Shown here: piece by piece, positions 19,164 to 28,702 of the stretch | How the letters are laid out: each line of letters opens with the position of its first letter | Numbering within the stretch: position 1 is the stretch's first letter | Source: Gammaproteobacteria bacterium | GTDB taxonomy: Bacteria > Pseudomonadota > Gammaproteobacteria > Eutrophobiales > Eutrophobiaceae | Direction: 5' to 3' | Length of the DNA stretch: 64,000 nt | NCBI GenBank assembly: GCA_965215365.1 | Contig: CBDCDS010000003.1 | Location: 288,001-352,000, forward strand | Made by a program: the position numbers and the translations under genes | Notes under the pieces: generated by a model | Database searches by the model: none | What the model was told of the DNA's origin: nothing | What the model saw: the letters and a program-made list of their open reading frames with translations, nothing else

Positions 19164-19629
19164 CTCTTTTTCTCCTGTGCTAATCAGTAGAAGTAAACGA
19201 ACTTTTTGGCGCATTCATGCGGTAGATCGCATTATTACATACTTTTGAAAAAAAACAATCACTGTTCACAAATATCGCAATTTAGCGGCTATAAGTCAAC
19301 ACAAATCTCTAAATTTTGTCAATGGGGCTCCCTTACGGTGTGTTGCCCATGGTACAACTTTTTTCGATCTGTCGCAATATACCGGTGTTCACGGAATATG
19401 TCAACTGCATAATAAAAAAAAGTTGCAGGCATGTCAACATATTTGCCCGCCGAACTTCCCCATGACCTGTAATCTTCGCAGTGTGCCAAGTTTATCTGGT
19501 GTTGTCAACAAAATAATAGAAAAAATATTTTGTTGTCAAGTCTTTTGGTAGTTTACCTGAAATTCTTTTGTAAATGTACGGCAAAACAACCTTATTCTGA
19601 CCATTCTCACCCATATCGGGGCGCTTGTC

Positions 19630-19765
19630 CAGAACTTTCGGATTCTGGAGTTTCCCTTTGCTTTTTCACCCCGTGTACATTAGTATTGTTACGAGCCGGC
19701 TGTCCATGGCCGGCTGCTGCTGTTAACTATCAACCAAACCGATAAGGAGGAATCTGTCATGGAAA
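19630..19765 (+). repeat. About 135-bp upstream region duplicated at 20564-20699
   Basis: cagaactttcgga...gataaggaggaatctgtcatggaaa occurs twice, nearly identical. Confidence 0.92.
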
Positions 19766-20433
19766 AACAATTGCCGCGTAAACCCGCTACGTTTGAGACG
19801 GTCTGGGCCAGCTTGCAGGAATTGGCCGAGATGCAGAAGGAGACTGAGCGGCTTATAAAAGAGAATGCCCGGGAAACTGACCGGCGCATGAAAGAAAATG
19901 CCCGGGAAACTGACCGGCGCATGAAGGAGACTGAGCAACTGATGAAGGAAACCTACCAGGAGATGAAATATACCGACCGGCGCATGAAGCAGTTGCAAGG
20001 CACGTTCGATAACCAGTGGGGGGCGTTCATGGAAAGCCTGGTGGAAGGCGACTTGGTCGCCATGCTGCAAGACCGGGGCATCCCTGTGCAAAAGACCAAA
20101 AGCCGCCGCCTCGGTCGTATCAATCGTCTCAATGACGGCAAAAACTATGAGTACGACATCTTGGCGATTAACGGTGAACAGGTGGTGGTCGTGGAAGTCA
20201 AAACCACGCTGCACCCGGAGGGGGTCAAGGACTTCCTTGAAGACCTGACGGAATTTACCACCTGTTTCCCGGACTACAAGGGCAAGGTCATTCATGGCGC
20301 CATGGCGTATCTCAAGACCGATGAGAGCGTGCAACGGAATGTCATCCGCCAGGGCTTGTTTGCCATCCGCGCCACCGGCGACAGTGCCAGCATCGTTAAT
20401 GAGGAGGGGTTTGTGCCACGGGTGTTTGGGTGA
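19759..20433 (+). CDS. Coiled-coil + PD-(D/E)XK-like protein (DUF3782-like)
   Basis: KENARETDRRM repeats, WGAFMESLVEGDL and EYDILAING..VVVVEVKTTL. Strong AAGGAGG RBS. Confidence 0.8.
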   Translation: MEKQLPRKPATFETVWASLQELAEMQKETERLIKENARETDRRMKENARETDRRMKETEQLMKETYQEMKYTDRRMKQLQGTFDNQWGAFMESLVEGDLVAMLQDRGIPVQKTKSRRLGRINRLNDGKNYEYDILAINGEQVVVVEVKTTLHPEGVKDFLEDLTEFTTCFPDYKGKVIHGAMAYLKTDESVQRNVIRQGLFAIRATGDSASIVNEEGFVPRVFG

Positions 20434-20692
20434 GCGATACGCAGCCGTTAACGTTGATCCGGCGCAGCAGGGCGCGCAATCAAGTAAGAAACGGCCTGAC
20501 TTCTTATTGGTGCTTGATATGCTTATACAACGTCGAAACGCACTTTATTGAGAGGCGGAACAGCAGAACTTTCGGACTCTGGAGTTTCCCTTTGCTTTTT
20601 CACCCCGTGTACATTAGTATTGTTACGAGCCGGCTGTCCATGGCCGGCTGCTGCTGTTAACTATCAACCAAACCGATAAGGAGGAATCTGTC

Positions 20693-21085
20693 ATGGAAAG
20701 TCTGGTCGAGGGTGACCTCGTAGCCCTGCTGCAACGCCGGGATATTCTGGTAGATCGCATCCATCCCAGGCCTTATGGCAAGCGCAACGGCGAGGACTTT
20801 GAGTTTGACATTGTGGCGATTAACGGGGTCGAAGTGGTGGTGGTGGAAGTGAAGACCACCTTGTGTGCGGCGGACATCAAACACTTTCTGAAAAAACTGC
20901 TCAAATACACGTATTACGAACCGGAACATCGGGGCAAGACGATTTACGGGGCGATGGCCTACCTCAAAACCAGCAAGGCTGCCAAAACACATGCAGAACG
21001 CCAGGGCCTGTTCGTCATCCGCGCCACCGGCGACAGTGCCAGCATCGTTAATGAGGAGGGGTTTGTGCCACGGGTGTTTGAGTGA
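20693..21085 (+). CDS. Paralogue lacking the N-terminal coiled coil
   Basis: MESLVEGDL...EFDIVAING.EVVVVEVKTTL. The last ~65 nt are identical to the first copy. Confidence 0.75.
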   Translation: MESLVEGDLVALLQRRDILVDRIHPRPYGKRNGEDFEFDIVAINGVEVVVVEVKTTLCAADIKHFLKKLLKYTYYEPEHRGKTIYGAMAYLKTSKAAKTHAERQGLFVIRATGDSASIVNEEGFVPRVFE

Positions 21086-21189
21086 GCGCGGCCTGTTTGC
21101 GGTGAACGGTTACGGTGAACAGGCAAGCATCCCGGTCATTCACATTGTGGACATCACGTAGATTTTTTGGAAAAACTTGTATGGGAGTG

Positions 21190-22322
21190 TGTCCGGGTTC
21201 AGAAACAAGTGAGACTCTTTAGATAAAGAAATCGGGTAGTTAAGTGTGTAAAGTGATTTCGATTAACTTACACAGGAGGACTACCCGATGCAGATCAAAA
21301 GCCTGCGGGTGAAATCATATCGCAGTTGGCGCGTCGATGATACTACCGATGCTGACGCGCTCGGTCGTTTGAAGCAGTTGGAATTAGTTGCGACGTTACG
21401 CGAGGATGGGTGTGGTGAGGCGACGGCACTGGCAGCAGTAGGTTGGTCGAGGGCGACCTACTACCGTTGGTTGAAGCGGTATCGTGAACATGGGCTGAAG
21501 GGTCTGGGGTGTGGCTCTCGTGCGCCGCGGCGGCGGCGTGTGCCGCAATGGACGCGCCAGCACGAGCAGCAGGTCTTGCACCTTCGCCAACGTTATCCGT
21601 TATGGGGCAAGCGTAAGCTCTGGCGGGTGGGGGTGCGCGAGCAGGGCTGGACTTTGAGCGAGAGTACGGTCGGGCGCATCGTGGCGAAGCGGGTGCGGCT
21701 GGGCCGGGTCAAGCCGGTGGCGTTTTACTATGGCCGGGTGAAGCCTAAGCGCCGCCGGGCGTTTACCCATCATGCCAAGCGCTGGCGCTACGGGATGAAG
21801 GCTAAGGCGCCAGGGGAGTTGATGCAGATAGACCACATGAGTGTCGGCTTCACGGACGGCATCACGGTGAAGGAGTTCAAGGCCGTCTGTCCGGTGAGCA
21901 AATGGAGTGCGCTGCGAGCCTACAGTCGGGCCACCAGTGGCAATGCCCGGCGCTTCTTAAAAGCGCTGTGCCAAGAGGCGCCGTTTCCCATCCGTTCTAT
22001 CCAGGTCGATGGCGGCTCGGAGTTCCGAGATGAGTTCGAGCAGGCTTGCCAGGACTTAGGAATCCCCCTGTACGTGCTGCCCCCGAAAAAACCCGAATAC
22101 AACGGCTGTGTAGAACGCGCCAACGCCACCAGCCGCTATGAGTTCTATCCGTTCTACGAGGGTCCACTGACCGTGGCCGCCATCAACCGCAAACTGGCAG
22201 AGTATCAGCAATACTACAATACCTACCGGCCGCATGACGGTATGGGTTTATTAACCCCAATGGAGTATTATCAACAACTCACACAGCCTGCCTCTGAGTC
22301 TCATATGTATTGAACCTGGACA
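21190..22322 (+). mobile_element. IS481-family insertion sequence, apparently complete
   Basis: TGT...ACA ends with imperfect TIRs tgtccgggttcagaaacaagtgagactc / gagtctcatatgtattgaacctggaca. No clear target duplication. Confidence 0.88.
21288..22313 (+). CDS. IS481-family transposase (HTH + rve integrase core)
   Basis: SRATYYRW, PGELMQIDH, IQVDGGSEF, NGCVERAN and YNTYRPH. Confidence 0.92.
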   Translation: MQIKSLRVKSYRSWRVDDTTDADALGRLKQLELVATLREDGCGEATALAAVGWSRATYYRWLKRYREHGLKGLGCGSRAPRRRRVPQWTRQHEQQVLHLRQRYPLWGKRKLWRVGVREQGWTLSESTVGRIVAKRVRLGRVKPVAFYYGRVKPKRRRAFTHHAKRWRYGMKAKAPGELMQIDHMSVGFTDGITVKEFKAVCPVSKWSALRAYSRATSGNARRFLKALCQEAPFPIRSIQVDGGSEFRDEFEQACQDLGIPLYVLPPKKPEYNGCVERANATSRYEFYPFYEGPLTVAAINRKLAEYQQYYNTYRPHDGMGLLTPMEYYQQLTQPASESHMY

Positions 22323-22462
22323 CATGATTGACAATGTCATCAATTTTAGGAATCATTGTTTCCTTGCGTGTAGCTTTGGCGGTTAAAAATGCGCAAATTG
22401 GACGAAAAACAGAGCCATGTTGGTATGCAATACTTCAATCTACAGCTATTTGGAGATGAAAA

Positions 22463-23119
22463 ATGCTTAAGTTAATGACATTGCCCACCCCCCCCCAGAA
22501 CAAAACACATCTTGAACACCGGACAGCGCTCATCGTCGCATTGGCGGCCCTGACGCTGGCCCTGCCATCGGCGGTGATGGCGCAGAACGCCTGCACAACT
22601 GGAACATGCACGATCTCCGTCACCGGCAACATCAACGGCTACCACGTGGGCGGCTGCGGCGGCGACCACTTGCGCTGGCATCTGCGCCTGTCGTCCACCA
22701 ATCCCGCCGTCGCCTTCAGAGACTTTGGCGGATCAACCGTCAGAATTGAAGTCAAAACCCAGCCATCCACTGAATGGAACCAGCTGGAATGGCGGCGCGA
22801 GGGTGGAGCGTGGCAAAATCTCGCCCCGAGTAGAGAGGGCGGTTATGCTACTTTTGGAACCGGAGCCTTGGACCAGGACCTCGCCCTGGATATCCGGCCC
22901 AGGACCGGAGCCGTGATCAAGGGCTTGGGCGGGAACATCGGCAGCGGCATGATGGCCATCTGGGTTGATGAAATTAGGTCCAACCCCAAGCCGTATGCAG
23001 TCAGGAAAACCAGCACCACCGCCTTCTTCTCGAGTGGCGAGGGCTGCGGCCGCAGCCTGCCCTCCGGCTATAACGAGCCGGACGGCCATCTCTATGAGGA
23101 CGGGGTGCGCATCCGCTGA
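22463..23119 (+). CDS. Hypothetical secreted protein
   Basis: Signal-peptide-like ALIVALAALTLALPSAVMA-Q, four Cys residues, and a C9 tract near the 5' end. Confidence 0.6.
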   Translation: MLKLMTLPTPPQNKTHLEHRTALIVALAALTLALPSAVMAQNACTTGTCTISVTGNINGYHVGGCGGDHLRWHLRLSSTNPAVAFRDFGGSTVRIEVKTQPSTEWNQLEWRREGGAWQNLAPSREGGYATFGTGALDQDLALDIRPRTGAVIKGLGGNIGSGMMAIWVDEIRSNPKPYAVRKTSTTAFFSSGEGCGRSLPSGYNEPDGHLYEDGVRIR

Positions 23120-23302
23120 CCAAAGGGAGCCGCTGGTGCAGAGCCGGTGGCCAGCTTGCTGATCTTCGAGGTGGACAGTGTTGCCGAGGCGACCGCCATG
23201 CTCCAGGCCGACCCCTACTACCAGGCCGGTCTCTGGCAGGAAGTCCGCATACAGGAGTTCAAAGGCGTAGTCGGTAGCTGGGTGGGCGGCAGGCAGTGGT
23301 GA
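23120..23302 (+). pseudogene. YciI-family C-terminal remnant
   Basis: Reads ..EPVASLLIFEVDSVAEATAMLQADPYYQAGLWQEVRIQEF..W* with no 5' half. Confidence 0.7.
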
Positions 23303-23315
23303 GGCGCAAAAAACT

Positions 23316-24731
23316 TTAAGCGGGGAACCACCACGGGTCCCAAGCCCCTTGAGTATTCTCAAGCAGCGCCTTGGTCCGCAGAAAACGGTTGATGGAAGCC
23401 GGCCCCATGCGTGAGCCGCCCATGCCGGAGGCCTTGAATGCCTGCTTCTCACCTTCGTGCATAACGCTGGTCAAAGCTGCGTCGTTAATACTGACTGCGC
23501 CGGCCTCCAGTCTGGCGGCGATACCCCGGGCGCGCTCGGCCTCGTTGGCAAACACGGCCGCAGACAGGCCGAAGATCGTATCATTGGCCAGTTCCACAGC
23601 CTGCTCATCGGTGTCGAAGGCCATCACCGGCAATATCGGCGCAAAGGTTTCTTCGGTCATGATCAGCATGTCATGATTGACGTTGGACAGCACAGTGGGT
23701 TGACACCACAGCCCGCCGTTGTGTTCGACAATCCCGCCGCCGCATTGCACCTGCGCGCCTTTGGCCGCGGCGTCCTGCAAATGAGCCTCAATAATGTCGC
23801 GCTGGCGCGCTGAGATAATCGGGCCAATCTCGCCCTCGTCGATGGCGTGGGTGTTCAACTTCAGGGAACCGGCTTGTTGCGCCAGGGCCGCGCTCAGGTC
23901 GTGACAGATCGGGGCTTCGGCATACACCCGCTCAATCGACAGGCAGGATTGACCGGCATTCACCATGCCGCCCCAGCACAGCGCCGCGGCGGTGCGTTTA
24001 AGATCGGTATCGGCGGTGACTATGGCCGGGTCCTTGCCGCCCAGTTCCAACTGGCAGGGGATGAAGTTGCGCGCCGCCGCCAGCGCCACCTGTTTGCCGG
24101 TTGCCACACTGCCGGTAAAGCAAACCAGATCGGCCTGATCGATGAGCGCGCCGCCCAGGCTGCCGTCTCCGGGCACAAAATGAAACACTGAAGCAAGATC
24201 TGCCACGCCCGCCAGGATCTGCGCCAGCGGCGCAACGAAGCGCGGCGTGATTTCACTCGGTTTGACAATCACCGCGCTACCGGCCAGCAGCGCCGGAATG
24301 GCGTCAATGCAGGACAGCAGCAGGGGAAAATTCCAGGGGGATATAACAGCCGTCAGCGGGTAGGGCAGCCGTTGTGCGCCGACCTCAATAAAAGGGATAG
24401 TCGTTGTTTTGCGCTCACCGGCTGCCAGCAATGCCGGGGCCAGACCACACCAGCGTTCGATGCTGGCCACCACGGCGTTAATTTCCAGTTCCGTCTCCGT
24501 ACTGCGACCGGTATCGGCGCACAGGGCCGCGAACAACGCGTCGCGCTGCGCCGAGATAGCGCCCGCCAGTTCCAGTAAAGCCCGGCAACGCCGCGCCACG
24601 CCGCCTTCCAGCCACTGCTGCTGCGCGGCGCGTGCATCAAGCGCCAGACGCGCCAGTTCCGCAGTGCTGACTTGCTCAAAATGATAGTCAATACGACCGC
24701 TGCGGGGATTGCGAACCTCAATTAAAGCCAT
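23316..24731 (-). CDS. Aldehyde dehydrogenase
   Basis: SPWNFP, FTGSVATG, LELGGKD, NAGQSC and EETFAP. Confidence 0.95.
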   Translation of the reverse strand: MALIEVRNPRSGRIDYHFEQVSTAELARLALDARAAQQQWLEGGVARRCRALLELAGAISAQRDALFAALCADTGRSTETELEINAVVASIERWCGLAPALLAAGERKTTTIPFIEVGAQRLPYPLTAVISPWNFPLLLSCIDAIPALLAGSAVIVKPSEITPRFVAPLAQILAGVADLASVFHFVPGDGSLGGALIDQADLVCFTGSVATGKQVALAAARNFIPCQLELGGKDPAIVTADTDLKRTAAALCWGGMVNAGQSCLSIERVYAEAPICHDLSAALAQQAGSLKLNTHAIDEGEIGPIISARQRDIIEAHLQDAAAKGAQVQCGGGIVEHNGGLWCQPTVLSNVNHDMLIMTEETFAPILPVMAFDTDEQAVELANDTIFGLSAAVFANEAERARGIAARLEAGAVSINDAALTSVMHEGEKQAFKASGMGGSRMGPASINRFLRTKALLENTQGAWDPWWFPA

Positions 24732-24792
24732 GGTTATCGATACTCTATTTGTACGTTGTCAGCATTATCCTGCTGCTGATATAGCGGTAATA

Positions 24793-25194
24793 TTACGCGC
24801 ATGCATCGTAAGAGAGCAGGTGAGGATATGCCAGGATACGATCATCTGCGGTCATCAGGATGAGGTCGTGTACCACTGCCGTGGCTACAAGAATCCGGTC
24901 GGCAGGGTCGCGGTGAAATTCTCCGGGAAGTTCGTAGGCAGCCAGGGCTATCTCATGCGTGATCAGGATGGTTTCAGCGTGAAGCGCTTGCAGCGCTTCC
25001 GGGATCCAGGTTTGCAGTTTGCCGGCCAGGGTCAAACGTCCTCCCCATGCCAGACGCGCGATCTCCAATGACGAAATACTTGAGATGAACAACGTGTTGT
25101 CTTCGTTAAGAAGCATATCCTTTGATTTCGATCCTAATCGTTCTTGCGCTTCCTGTGTCCATAGCCAAACATGTGTATCAAGCAAAATCCTCAT
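24793..25194 (-). CDS. VapC / PIN toxin
   Basis: MRILLDTHVWLW and FHRDPADRILVATA. Confidence 0.9.
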   Translation of the reverse strand: MRILLDTHVWLWTQEAQERLGSKSKDMLLNEDNTLFISSISSLEIARLAWGGRLTLAGKLQTWIPEALQALHAETILITHEIALAAYELPGEFHRDPADRILVATAVVHDLILMTADDRILAYPHLLSYDACA

Positions 25195-25427
25195 TGCTCC
25201 ATGTCCCACTCATCCATGAAGTCGGAATGGACAATATCGCCATGAACGGTAATTCGGCCACGCAGTTTACCCAGTTCCCGCTTGCGGGAAGCATCTTCGA
25301 TATACGGGTTGATCACGGCAATGGGGCGCTTGCGCAATGTCACCATGAGCGGTTCTCCCGTTATTTTTACGGTCTTCAATTTATCAATGCACTTTGCCTT
25401 GAATTCCGAAATGCCTATCTCTTTCAT
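25191..25427 (-). CDS. Phd/YefM-family antitoxin
   Basis: IGISEFKAKC..LKTV..TGEPLMVT. Overlaps the toxin start. Confidence 0.9.
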   Translation of the reverse strand: MKEIGISEFKAKCIDKLKTVKITGEPLMVTLRKRPIAVINPYIEDASRKRELGKLRGRITVHGDIVHSDFMDEWDMEQ

Positions 25428-25461
25428 TATGATCTCAATATATCAACACTCAACTAATATA

Positions 25462-25481
25462 ACCTGGTCAACTGACCAGGT
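25462..25481. promoter_or_regulatory. Palindromic operator upstream of the TA operon
   Basis: acctggtca-ac-tgaccaggt. Confidence 0.6.
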
Positions 25482-25516
25482 CAACTAATTAGTCAACCGG
25501 TGTTAGTCAACCGATG

Positions 25517-26563
25517 TTAAATCAAGTCCTGCTTGATTAATTCATCAATGACGCTTTTCAGTGTCTTAATGAAATGGCTGCGCTCGGGCACGATGGCGGC
25601 GCCGGTATCGTCCAGCAGGGTGTTGGCGGGGTAGCGCGCCTGCGGCTGGGCGATGTGCGCATACAGTTCCAGCCGCTGGCGCGCCAGCAGGCTGGACATG
25701 CCGGGGCGGCGGCGCTGGCGGCGCAGGGCGGCTATGTCGATTTCGTGGTTGGCGACCATACTCTCGCCGTATCCCGCCGCCGCCAGCACCTTGCCCTGAT
25801 AGTCGATGACCTTGGACATACCGTCCGTGGACGACTCGGGAATCCCCGTGCCGCAGATGCCGCCGCTGTTGGCAGAAATGACGTAGGCCTGGTTTTCACT
25901 GGCGCGGGCGCGTTTGGCAAGGTCCTTGGGAGTCAGTTCCGGGCTACCCACCTCGCTGGTTGAATGCAGCAGCACCTCGGCGCCGCGCAGCGCCAGCGCG
26001 CGACTGAGCTCCGGGTAGAGGATCTCCTCCGAGGCCACCGTCGCCAGCCGCCCCAGCTCGGTGTCCGCCACCGGGAAGATCCCGGCCACGCCGTAGCGGT
26101 CGAGATAGCGCTCCCAGACATCGTGCGGGGTCGGGGCAAACAGGGAGAGCAGGCGGCGGTAGCGATGGATGGTGTCACCGTTCGGCGCAATAATGAAACT
26201 GGCCTGAAAATAAAGCCCCGGAAAGGCCCGGTCGCGCTCATACACATTGCCGGACAGGTAAACATCATTATCCTGGCAAATCTTCCCCAACGCCTCATAT
26301 TCCGGCCCGTCCACATCGATGCCGGCTTTTTCAGCCCAGGCATCCACCGGGTCACCCATCGGGAACCCGGTCAGGAAGTATTCCGGCGCCACCACCAGAC
26401 GCGTATCCGGCCCGATAAAGCCCTTGCTCGCCGCCACCTGCACACCACAGGTCTCAATCGCGGAGAAAATACTACGACGCGCCTCGGCCACACTCAAGGC
26501 ATTCACCGCCCGGCAACAGGTCTGCAGGGCCAGGGCGTAGTAGGGGGTCATGGTTTTAACCAT
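25517..26563 (-). CDS. Nitrilase-related carbon-nitrogen hydrolase
   Basis: LVVAPEYFLTGF, HRYRRL, DTELGRLATVASEEILYPE and GAEVLLH. Confidence 0.88.
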   Translation of the reverse strand: MVKTMTPYYALALQTCCRAVNALSVAEARRSIFSAIETCGVQVAASKGFIGPDTRLVVAPEYFLTGFPMGDPVDAWAEKAGIDVDGPEYEALGKICQDNDVYLSGNVYERDRAFPGLYFQASFIIAPNGDTIHRYRRLLSLFAPTPHDVWERYLDRYGVAGIFPVADTELGRLATVASEEILYPELSRALALRGAEVLLHSTSEVGSPELTPKDLAKRARASENQAYVISANSGGICGTGIPESSTDGMSKVIDYQGKVLAAAGYGESMVANHEIDIAALRRQRRRPGMSSLLARQRLELYAHIAQPQARYPANTLLDDTGAAIVPERSHFIKTLKSVIDELIKQDLI

Positions 26564-26587
26564 GCAACTTCCATTGATAAGGGTGCC

Positions 26588-26875
26588 TCATACCCCCTCG
26601 ACCAGCAACACGCTCACGTCCACGGCGCCTTCCCGCACTTTTTTCAACTCGGCATAATCGTCGGAATGCCACAGGGCGCGGGCTGCGTCCATGGAGGGCC
26701 ACTCGGAGATGACCAGGGCCTGGTGGTCCCAGTCGCCTTCCAGTTTTTCGACCTCGCCGCCCAGGGCCAGGTATTTGCCGCCGTATTGGGCTACCAGGGC
26801 CGGCATGCGTTGGGCGTATTCGGCAAATTGTTCGGGCCGGGTGACGGTGGCTTGTACGATCATATAGGCTGGCAT
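26588..26875 (-). CDS. DUF1330 family protein
   Basis: MPAYMIV...YGGKYLALGG...LEGDW...WHSDDYAELK. The true start is downstream of the track ORF start. Confidence 0.88.
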   Translation of the reverse strand: MPAYMIVQATVTRPEQFAEYAQRMPALVAQYGGKYLALGGEVEKLEGDWDHQALVISEWPSMDAARALWHSDDYAELKKVREGAVDVSVLLVEGV

Positions 26876-26885
26876 GGCGTGGCTC

Positions 26886-27599
26886 CTACTTTTCAAATTC
26901 CACCAGTTCGTAAAACGTTTGCATGTACCCGCCCACGGCGCCGCGTAAAAAGATGTAGTCGCCATCGGCGCTGCACCAGATGTCGTACTCCGGGTGTTCC
27001 TCCGGCAGTTGTCCGGCGGTATCGACATAGCGGAAATGGAGCGCGTCGAAGGTGCCAGCGGGTACGGTGATGGTGTCCTCGCCGACGTATTCAATGCCGA
27101 ACCCGAGCTTAAACAGCAGCGGCCCCGTGGCGCCCCGGTGGTCGGGCGAGGTCACCATCATGTCCGGGAAGAAAGTCCGGCCCGGCCCGCGTCCAAGATC
27201 ATAGACGCATAGGCATAAGGCGTCGCCGATGATGGGGTGGCCGGTCAACCAGCGCGTGCGTCGTTCCAGTTCCAGGCGTTGTGAGATGCGTCCGTCCTTG
27301 GCGTTGAACAGCTCCGTTTCCGCACAGCTGTCGGTAAACCGCATCCAGCCGGAACCCTCGAACTGATCATCAATGGTCAGGCGCACGAAACAGTCCAGGG
27401 GGTAATTGTCGGCGTCCATACTCAGCACCACATCGCGCAACACGGTGGGCGGGTCATCTATTTCACAATGGGCGCGCAAGGTGCGTTTGCCGTCATTATG
27501 GACGGTGATAATAAACGATTCCCGCCCGCGCTCCTGTCCCAGACGTTCCGGTTTGTTACTGGTGTAGAGGATTTTGCCGCGTAGTGTTCGGTGTTTCAT
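26886..27599 (-). CDS. Conserved hypothetical protein (beta-rich, ITVPAGTFDALHF motif)
   Basis: Co-oriented with the catabolic cluster. Start at MKHRTLRGKILY. Confidence 0.7.
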   Translation of the reverse strand: MKHRTLRGKILYTSNKPERLGQERGRESFIITVHNDGKRTLRAHCEIDDPPTVLRDVVLSMDADNYPLDCFVRLTIDDQFEGSGWMRFTDSCAETELFNAKDGRISQRLELERRTRWLTGHPIIGDALCLCVYDLGRGPGRTFFPDMMVTSPDHRGATGPLLFKLGFGIEYVGEDTITVPAGTFDALHFRYVDTAGQLPEEHPEYDIWCSADGDYIFLRGAVGGYMQTFYELVEFEK

Positions 27600-27628
27600 T
27601 TCAAGGAGCCTCATCAGGCAGGAGGTAT

Positions 27629-27940
27629 CTACATCACGATAATCTGCCCGCTTGCGATCCGGTGTGCCACGGACGCGAGATAGGTCTGGTACGGCATACC
27701 CAGCTCCCGGGCAATGGCTTTCACGCGTTTGATATCACGCTCTTGCAGGCGCAAAGTGACAGCCTTGCGTTTCTGGGTATTCTCAAGGACACTTTTCCAC
27801 TCCGCGCGGACAGCCTTTTGCTCAACCGCACTTTGCGGTGAGACGCCCCCACTCTCGATAGCCGCCTCAAAATCCGTCACGAATTCTTGTTCTTCTTCAT
27901 CCGGAAACGGGTCAGGACTATACTGCCGTACATTACTCAT
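27629..27940 (-). CDS. CopG/BrnA-like antitoxin
   Basis: KAVTLRLQERDIKRVKAIARELGMPYQTYL. Confidence 0.82.
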   Translation of the reverse strand: MSNVRQYSPDPFPDEEEQEFVTDFEAAIESGGVSPQSAVEQKAVRAEWKSVLENTQKRKAVTLRLQERDIKRVKAIARELGMPYQTYLASVAHRIASGQIIVM

Positions 27941-28040
27941 GTTTGTCTCTCTCCGGCAACCTCTGGAACAAACGCTTGGCCTTGCGGCTGCGATAGATGG
28001 TCTTCAGGAAGCGTACATTACCTTTCTTAATATATGGGCA
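27933..28040 (-). pseudogene. C-terminal remnant of the cognate BrnT-like toxin
   Basis: CPYIKKGNVRFLKTIYRSRKAKRLF. The 5' part is replaced by an IS5 end. Confidence 0.65.
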
Positions 28041-28227
28041 CCTCTATTAACTCACCCCCGATGGTATAATACGGGGCACTGATTATCAATTTATCTGAGA
28101 AGGTGCTCTGATGCAAAACGACGACATATTCGGTTCTTTTTTTGACCCGCAGGACGCCCGTCTGGACAAACTGGGCGACCCGTTGGTACGGCTTGATAAG
28201 GTGGTGGACTGGTCGGCGTTTCGTTAA
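28036..28227 (+). mobile_element. IS5-family left end with the first 38 codons of the transposase
   Basis: End gggcacctctattaac, then MQNDDIFGSFFDPQDARLDKLGDPLVRLDKVVDWSAFR* at 28111. Confidence 0.75.
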
Positions 28228-28697
28228 ACCAAAACCTGCGCGAGGCGAAGCGTCAAAAGAACGATGACTTCTATAAATACGTCGCCCAACTGGTACAGCA
28301 TGGCAAGAAGTTCCTGATTATCGGGAATGTGAATGCCATCACCTATAAGGAGATATTCCCTCTTATCAAGGACGGTAGAATATGGCTCGACCCCAAAGAG
28401 CTTGAGGCCGACATTGCGCGCCTGATGGTGGACGATGACGTGACGAAGAAGTCAGGGGTTTACCCGTATCTCCTTACCGGCGATGAAAAGCACCTGAGCA
28501 TCCGGGCATTCTCTGAGGCCATGAAGCAGCAGGCATACGAAAAGCAGGCTGGAATATGCCTTGTGTGCGGGGAAAAGTTTGAACTATCGGAAATGGAAGC
28601 AGACCATATCGATCCCTGGAGTAAAGGCGGAAAGACCAACGAGGACAACTGCCAGATGTTATGCCGGCCGTGTAACCGTAGAAAATCATCAAGATAA
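28228..28697 (+). pseudogene. Fused fragments of an EcoRI-like adenine methylase and a DUF262-HNH nuclease
   Basis: NQNLREAKRQKNDDFY and KKFLIIGNVNAITYKEIFPLIK (methylase-like) are joined to a C-terminal HNH, CLVC..EADHIDPWSKGGKT..NCQMLCRPCN. Confidence 0.72.
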
Positions 28698-28702
28698 AAG
28701 CT

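Noticed and set aside
21288-21350. Transposase N-terminus MQIKSLRVKSYRS resembles the start of an ABC/SMC ATPase
   Set aside because: The same start lies inside both IS copies behind the IS RBS, so it is part of the element rather than a fusion.
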